From: Stylophora pistillata
Lineage: Eukaryota
Reading direction: 5' to 3'
Assembly: GCF_002571385.2 (NCBI RefSeq)
Contig: NW_019217892.1
Span: forward strand, 577,614 to 639,510
DNA length: 61,897 nt
In this document: positions 54,001 to 61,897 of the stretch, one piece after another
Position numbering within the stretch: the first letter of the stretch is position 1
Layout: the number at the start of each line of letters is the position of its first letter
The notes under the pieces: model-generated
The model's database searches: none
What the model saw: the letters and a program-made list of their open reading frames with translations, nothing else
Told to the model about the DNA's origin: nothing
Translations under genes and position numbers: made by a program

Positions 54001-56100
54001 AATTGGTCTGTGAGTCAACAGAAGACCATATATTTACAAACTTACCCAAATAAAAACAGTGAAAATCTTCTTTAAGTTCTTTTGTGATAAGAACCAGGAT
54101 AAAAAGAGTTTTTTTTTCTGTGGATATTGTCTCAGGTTTAATGACCATCTTTTTAGGCCTCCAGGAAGAAAGTGTACATGTTGTTCAACTTGGAACCAGA
54201 TATAACAGTGACTGGAGGAGCTTGGTACAGTGATCAGGATTTTGAATCAGAATTTGTGGATGTTCTCAATCAACAGTGTCACAAGTATCTAGAACAAAGG
54301 GTATGAAAGTTGCTGTTCCATAATCTCAGAATTACTTCTCAGTAAGCAAGATGTGGCTCCCAAAGTTGATGTGCTTCAATGCGTAGAATTTGTCATCTGG
54401 CACAAGTTAGCAAAATTAACAAGGGGGAGGGGGAATCAGTTTATACCCCCACCAACTCTTCCCTCTCCAGGTTGGTAAAAAATTATAGCCAACAGTGGTA
54501 AAACTTCTCTTTTTATAGGCATCCTTTGAAAGTTGATTTTTTCACCCTAATTTGTGTTGTTTTTCTGTGTATACTTATTTCTGTAACTCCCACCCCTTGA
54601 AAGAACAAACCTCAGTAAATAACAATTAACACCAAATAACAAAACAGCACCAAATTGCCTTTAGTTTTATTTTAAAAAAAATTTGCTGACAAAGTAACAT
54701 TAACCATCAAGCGTTACAATTGAGGATGTCTTGGAATTGTTTTTATTATCTGTCACTAGTATCTCTTTTGAAAATTTGAAATTAATGTATTTTTGTTCAT
54801 TACAGGCTTTACAAGCTGAACAAATGAATGTGGATCCACTGGCCAAGAGGAATGCATCTTATTCATCATGCTATGATGTATGGAAGTATATCTCTGAATT
54901 AGGGATTAGCAAGGTAAATTTAATTGAAAAACAGTGTTTTTTTTCTTGAAGTAGTAACCTGGTTGCTGGTAAAATTTACTTTTTGTAGTACCAAATATTA
55001 CCAACTAAAATCACTTGGAATTCTTGAAAATTCAACAAGTAAAAGATTGTTCTACCCAAGTGATGTCCAAGCATAATTATATGTCAACTTTTTTTAATAC
55101 TGTGTTAGGTTCAACTGGCTGAAGGGGACATTGAAACAATTTTAAACACGCTAGTCTTTGATGGAAAGGCAGAAATGTCACTGGTTGTTGATAACAGCTC
55201 AAGCAGATCATCGCAAGATGGTCAGAAGAAACTTTACAGAGCACTTGCCCCATTGCTGCCAGCAGCAGGACTCATGAGTACACCATGCGGTGTTTGTCCA
55301 GTAAGGCTTGGTTTACCCTGTCTAGAAATATTATAGACCACTTTCATAAATGGCTGCCGGATTAATATTCTTTTGTTTAAATTTAAATTAATAGCCCTTC
55401 TGGCCTCGCTTGAGATAATGTATTCTTTTGAATTTTGTACTGGAGAACGAGGCCAGAAGGGCTAATTTAAATTTAAACAAAAGAATATTAATCCGGCTGC
55501 CATTAATGAAAGTGGTCTATAATAACAATCATAAATAATCATAAATTGTTACAATATGAATCACAAACAGGTGGTCAAACACTCCTTGAACAATCTTGGT
55601 GGCCATCTGAGAATGATGTGAACTGATAATTATTGTTCCTTACTTGTTCATCAACCAAAACACAATAAATCCCCATAAATGTGTGTGGAAAGAGTAGCCT
55701 CCATATATTCCATTAAATCCAGACCAATGCTCCACATTCCCTCAGACAGGCAACAAAAATGCATGAATCCCCCACCCACTTGAGAGTGGATCTGCCATTA
55801 ACTAAATCCCTCCCAAAGCAGATGTATCCCAAGGTGGGCAGGAGGGGGTGGGAAATCTCAGAGTTAAGTTCAACAGGGGCACAAGAAGCAGAGTATTGGA
55901 TCTCTACTTTGTGTTAAGATTGGGAAAGAACAAACCAAAAGGTAACTATCCTCCCCTTGGGACTGAAGACCGAAGGGTAGATTCTCTAACAATGATGTTG
56001 ATATTTCATCCCATAACAGGTCTCCAATCAGTGTCGCGATGGTGGGCCCATATCTCCAAGCAAATGTATTTACATGAGGGACTGGCTCTCTGAGCTTTAA
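51010..56100 (+). CDS. POLR3F: RNA polymerase III subunit RPC6 (C34), 317 aa
   Basis: Exons 51010-51189, 51427-51494, 52040-52107, 52829-52941, 54157-54300, 54806-54913, 55109-55300, 56020-56100. Motifs NKGIWIRDIR, KKVYMLFNLEPD..VTGGAWYSDQDFESEFV, and the Fe-S motif PCGVCPV..QC...ISPSKCIY. Confidence 0.97.
52222..52558 (-). mobile_element. tRNA-derived SINE (Nin/Deu-like core)
   Basis: Reverse complement of 56789-57132. Box A TAGCTCAATTGG, box B GGTTCAAGCC, core AGTCTTCTCGGATAAGGAC, LINE-like tail GGGGAGTGGTCAATTAA followed by (TATG)n. Confidence 0.85.
53378..53705 (+). mobile_element. 5'-truncated CR1/L2-group LINE 3' end, inserted into a MITE
   Basis: FCCTNLKQFTILYQGPKIWNSLP...SFKTKLQEFL*, then a 3' UTR, AATAAA and a (GAT)n tail. 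Confidence 0.8.
55333..55520. mobile_element. Palindromic MITE, same family as 23390-23574
   Basis: Near-identical sequence and termini. Confidence 0.9.
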
Positions 56101-56788
56101 CACTCTCATTGACTTGGTAAATGAAAAATAACTGATGGTGACAGGCATGTATTTAGGGCGTTTGGGTCAGATGGTGGACTTTTATTTCATTTAGGCACCT
56201 GGACAACAATTTACTGCTTAGCAGTTAAATTTTAGTAGGGTTCTAAGATTTAGGATTTCACCCTGCTGAGATGCTTCAGAACAAAATAAAATTATGATTT
56301 TTTTTGGAGACAAAGTAGTCTTTATTGGGGAACCATTCTTCATTTTTGTAAAAATGATAATTGTTTCATTGTTAAATTTCTCATTGCATTAACTGCTTGC
56401 TGAAATGTATTGAAGGAAACAAAATGCTTTAAAGTAAACTTTTGATTTGAACTCATTTCTTGGTATTTACAAGAAAATTTAACTTTTTCACCAAGTTTGT
56501 TCGTTACTTTTAACCCTTTTACTCCCAGAAGTGATTAACATGTAACTTCTCCCTATAATATCCATACATTATCCAGCAAACAGTTAAGGAGAATACTCAA
56601 ACTTATGAGGTAGAAGTTGTGATCTTACTTTAACTCCAAATTCTCATAACTAATTTAACACCTAGCATAACTGCTAGACAGGAGAATTAAAAACCAGATC
56701 CAGGGTGGATCCTGGGAGTTTAAGGGTAAAAAAAGGGAAATGCAGAAAGGAAACCAACTGTGGCAACCTTTCTCAAAATTCTTACAAC

Positions 56789-57132
56789 TAACCGCCTCCC
56801 GGTTAGCTCAATTGTTTAGAGGGCCAGATTGTGTTGTGCGGGAGGTTGAGGAATCAAGCACTGGCCGGACCAATACTGATGGTCTTAAAATAAGTGAGGA
56901 GAATTTGCTACCTTTCTATAATCAAGAAATGGATAGATATTCTAGTCTTCTCGGATAAGGATGAACAAACCGTAGGCCCCGTCTCCTGCAGGGTTAGGGG
57001 TAGGAGACGTTAATTTCCCATGCATGAGATTACTGTGTGGTGGATGTCCTCCCTTGGTGGGATGGGTGGGTGTTGGCCCTGAAAAGCCCCTATGGGGAGT
57101 GGTCAATTAACCTATATTTATATATGTATGTA
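56789..57132 (+). mobile_element. tRNA-derived SINE (Nin/Deu-like core); older relative at ~9870-10150
   Basis: Same family as 52222-52558, opposite orientation. Confidence 0.85.
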
Positions 57133-57872
57133 ATTGGTTCAAGGGAGTAAAAGAAAACTATTCTATGACTTGTACATCAATACAAAAATTTAAGTAGCAA
57201 TAAAAGATAAGGAATCAAGTTAGCAAGAAGGGAAACCAAGGAGAAGCAAAAATGTTGATCACCACTGAGAAAATAACAACAGTTGGAAACTACCAGTATA
57301 CATCGATTACTATGCAATCATTAAGGGACCGTGATTGATGTTTGGCAACAATAACAGAATTGTGATTTTTGTACAACAACTAGTCATAAATGGCTGTGTA
57401 TTTACTAACGTGTTTGGTGTTTAGAAAAAACAAGGACACCTATAGTGGCAACATCATGGAAAATTGTTGTGTGTTTTATTCTAATCATTATAATTACTTT
57501 AGAAAATACCACCTGTGTCGTGAATACAGAATAATCCATTATTTTGATGCTGGATGCATTATTTCCATTCGTCAGAAGATTCTAAGAGCAATGTCCATGA
57601 AACTTTGTTCAAGATAAGTACATATTAAATAATTCAACTTAAACAATTACATGAAATTTCTATCACGAATGGAGGAAAATGTGTATATATCAGTGTTTCT
57701 TTTTTCATTTTTTTCAGCTATTTTTTTTAAAAAAAATGTTTGAAATACACGTAATGCAGCCTTATTACTTACATAGATGGCCCCCAAAAATAAGCAAATT
57801 CTAGTTCAATAGCAATTTTCCTCTTCAGCTTCAAATACAAAACATAATTATGATAATTATTGTGCCAAATAT

Positions 57873-60800
57873 TCAAATGAACGCCTGCTGACTTGACAAG
57901 CTGTCCATGAATGGTTTAACCAGCTCAGTAGTGGCAAAGTTGAAAATAAGTCCAAAGGTAATTGATATTGGTAAAGCAGGTAGAGCTTTCTTGTAGATAG
58001 CTAGAAGAAGGAGTGTTAGGCACAGGCCCTGCAAGGAACAAAATAACAAAGCCTATTAAGAAGTGAATAACAAAGCTGAAATAATTCCCACTTAAGTTAT
58101 AAACATGGTACAGTAGGTGGGCCAAGAATGGATGTCACTAAAAATTGGAAGCAATGAGAATTATAGTCTCTTGCAGAATTCTTGTTGTAACACCTCCAAG
58201 CAAGGCTTCTGTGTTTGATGTCAGGGATGGTCTTGATCAGGGTAATAATGTTGGAGATGATTTTGTGATTATGAAAACAGTTATTGATAATAGTGAGGAT
58301 GATCAACAGCATTGGTAGCCATCGCATCAAGAGGGGGTCTTAAAAGTGTTTAAAATTACTAAGATCATTGTTTAGAGACCAAGGGAAACTCTGATTTAAC
58401 ACTAACAAATTCAACCGTATCAAGCTGTCACAGAAAGGAGACTGCCCTCAGAGGGTTTACAGCAATGTTCTGCACTATGCTTATGATGCTAAATACTAGT
58501 AACTTCCCAAATTTAACACTGACTGCTCAGTCAGATCAAGACATCAGAATTTGAAGAAAAAAAAAAAGAAAATACAAAACTGGTCTCCTTCAAATGTACT
58601 TTCAGTACTTTTCCAACATCAGTGAGCAGAATCATCACTGAGGTGATTTCACAACATGGAAATTAAGAGGAATTAATTAACGAGGGAATAATCAGTTTTC
58701 AGCACTCACTATAAGTATAGCTACAAAGCAAGCAATTGTTGTGTTCCAATCCTTATAGGAGGATGCTTTGCCAACCAGAACACTGTAGAATATGAAATCT
58801 CCAAGGCCTAGTTTTACACCCTCTGTTGATGAAAATCATAATAAATAACATCAAATTTAATAGACTGCTTCACAAGTTACTGTAAATCATTAAACAATGC
58901 ATGATTCTTAATGCAAAAAAGAAACAATACAAACACAACACATTAATTTCTGTGTTTTACGTCTTCTTTACTATAATCATGTAAATTTATCCTGAAGAAA
59001 TCATGCTTGATTATGTTGAACAACTGGTCAATATGTCAAAACGAGAGGAAGAACTCTCTGAAGAATGGACACCGCATGTGAATAAAAACCCTGAAGCATT
59101 TTGACTGCGGCAAAACACACATGCATGCACACTCACACAAGCACATACTTTCAACACACAAAAAAATAAACATTCAACAAAAAAGGCAAGAATTATCCAA
59201 TTATTATCAAGATTATGTGTACTACATGAACAGATTCAAAAGTAATAGTAAATTATCTTCAAGACTCTGATAATGACTTATTCAATGTCACCAACAACAG
59301 TTCTTTTCAGAGCTCTGCTTACTGTGAAAATCTCACTAAATAATCGAATATTCAAAAGTATGCAATAATTGAATTTACTTTCTTCTTCTTCATCATCTTG
59401 ACCATCATTTGCTAGTTCTTGTTGTTCCTCTTGTGAACCTAGGGCCCTTATGGCATTTTCTGCAGCCTCATTTGTGGGTCCTTCCCCTTCAGTTGACTCT
59501 AGTGATTCTTCTTCGTCTTCTGAATTAACCCGCGTGACTGATGTCACTCTTGCACCTCCACTGTTGTCTCTATCAGCCATACCAATTGACCACATCATGG
59601 TAGCTGGAAAAGCAACAAATAATTTAACTTTTCTTTTTCCAAAATATGCCTGCATCACTAATTGGAGAAACACTTTTAGACAATGTTTTACATGTTGAAC
59701 TGTACCCTTGCAAGACAATAAACTTACAGGAGTAAATTAGTGATGGGAAGAGAGGCTCATCTCTTTCTTGTGCAGTTTGCACCAAAATCTTCAAAGGCCC
59801 TTTGGGACATAGAACAGCACACAAATCTATGGGGGAAAAAGAGAACCGAACATCATAATTATTATTGTTATTAGGGGTATTTCACAAGCAATGTTATACT
59901 GAAAAGAGGGTGTTACTGCTTACCATAAAGTGAAATAGCTGCTAATATTGCCCAAGTAGTCCAGTCTGGCAAAAATTTGATAAACACCAGAGCCTATGAA
60001 GTAAAACAAGCTTTGCATCACTAAATGAAAAACAGAAATATGAAAGTTGTTACCAGCAGTCTGGAATTGTTAAGACTTACCACCACCCGTTTCACCTGTT
60101 TGGGTTTTACCTTACACTCCCATTCCTGGACACAGCTGCCTAATACTGGTAACACCACTGGTAGGTGCTTAAATTAATGAAAAATGTTTTTGAAACCCCT
60201 TAGTATGTTTTAGTCTGCAAAACTTGCTTTGTGCCTCATTGAAAGAGAATATTCTGGGGCATCTTTAATTGTCAAACATTGGGGATCTTACAGGATTCCT
60301 TTCAGATTGGCCACCACATTCTTTCATTCTTTGCTCCAAGTGAAAACCTCATCCGATATGTAAAGAAAGGTGGCAATTGTGGAATAAAGTGTCCAGAAGT
60401 GGACAAAATGTACAATGTAGCTTTGGTGTGTTTTAGCCTAATACCGTAATTTTCTTGCCTTAAACACCTGCCACTGTGGGTAATAGGGAGGTGTGGGTTA
60501 TGCGACAATTTTGAAATCTACTGGCAGTTGAATCAAAGAAATTCTCACCTACCTGTGTTTCCACCTCTCAGATGAATTTTATTGTATTAATAAGAATGCC
60601 ATAAAGCGGCACGAAAACATGATGCTGACTTAAGTTTATTCACGCACAATTAGTTGTGCGACAAACAAATTTATCAGCACGCATGTAAACAAAACTTTGA
60701 TGGCGACAAAAATAAACCAAGGATAACTGGTGCATCAGTAACAAATTTCCAGTTAACACTAGCTTAAGCTGAAGAGAATTTTCCTGTTTTAAAGGACTTG

Positions 60801-61782
60801 TTAGGCCCAGTAGAACTGGAGACAATGATTTTTTTGAGAAATCAACAAATCAACATGGCGCTGAACGATGATCATTCACACAAAATGTGGCCACAAATTT
60901 GCATTCTGTCAAGTATGAAATCTTGTAAATTCTAGAGCATTTTTGTACAAATTTCCTTTGCTTTTAAGGTGTAGGTTATCCACCAGTGCAGGTAATCTGT
61001 TGAGTTTTTTTTTGCTGCATGCAATAATCGGCCAGTGTGGGTAATCAGCTGTGCAGGTAAACGGCCAGAAATTACGGTAAGTGTTACCAGTCACTTGTTA
61101 TTTACTAGGTACATTTTATTTTATGCTTTAAAAACAGTGACCATCTCAAAATATTAGAAAAATTGAGGCTTACCATCAAAGCACTAACTAAGATAAGATA
61201 TGCTTGTTGTAGTCTAAGGGGTCCTTTCCAATGTATGCAAATCATCCCAACGACCCCAAAATTCCAGAGTATCAGTGACAATGTGAAGTAGTCCATTGCT
61301 ACATTGTACACCTTCAGCACCTCTCTGTTGAGAACAAGGACAATGATTGCACATTAAAAAAAAGTCTTGTGACTGACATACAAAGCACCTTGACCAAGAA
61401 CACAGACAAGCCTTGGATAGATGACAACTTTGGAAAACAGAATGGTGTGGCAAGGAACACACAGTAAATAGAGATATTTTCAATGGGTGTCAAGACTAAC
61501 TGGTGATTGAATTAGGTTTAATTAAACAAGATCTGCTATAGGCTTTGAAAACTTACTAGACAATTGATAAAACTGAAAGTCCAATACCAACAATTATTTA
61601 CATTACTTGTTTAAGAAGTTATACAATGGAACAAGTTCTGATTGATTCCTTTAATGGAAAAAAAAAAACAAAAAACAAAGCTGGTCAAGTGAGTGTGAAG
61701 TATGGATGACTTACTGGAAATAAATGTAGCCAAAGAAGAATAACAACATTAAAGATGATAGCACCAGCCATCCTGATATAAC
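57873..61782 (-). CDS. PSEN: Presenilin (gamma-secretase catalytic subunit), 3' part; 5' exons lie beyond the window
   Basis: Exons 61782-61715, 61324-61174, 59993-59924, 59826-59728, 59603-59379, 58822-58710, 58028-57873. Motifs [13 protein letters not shown], catalytic YD (split by an intron), [18 protein letters not shown]-terminal QAFI*. Confidence 0.97.
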
Positions 61783-61897
61783 CTAGGAGACAACCAGAGC
61801 ATTTAAAAGAATTTTTAACAATAAATTTCTGGGAATGGAAAAGAATCTATATTCCTTGATAGCTGCCTTCTGGTACAATGTAACAGATCAGAAATAA

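Overview
AT-rich, intron-containing animal DNA. The repeat content (MITEs, Meta-/Nin-type SINEs, Penelope and CRE-like fragments) suggests a cnidarian, probably a stony coral; this is inference. Eight protein-coding loci were reconstructed by hand from splice sites: (1) a 12-exon Dicer (-, 1851-14691) with intact helicase and RNase III motifs but three in-frame stops clustered in the platform/PAZ/connector region; (2) an orphan 284-aa gene (+); (3) PNO1 (+); (4) an intronless gene fusing an N-terminal SOCS box to a NEK-like pseudokinase (-); (5) KAT5/Tip60 (+), with Trp at the first C2HC zinc ligand; (6) an uncharacterised class I SAM methyltransferase (-), head-to-head with (7) POLR3F (+); (8) the 3' part of presenilin (-). 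PNO1 intron 3 holds a well-formed box C/D snoRNA predicted to guide U6 Am53. A Dicer intron holds an intact minimal Penelope-type hammerhead ribozyme. The best candidates for new biology are the SOCS-box pseudokinase (a possible Cullin-5 substrate receptor) and the split or PAZ-decayed Dicer. No database searches or folding programs were run.
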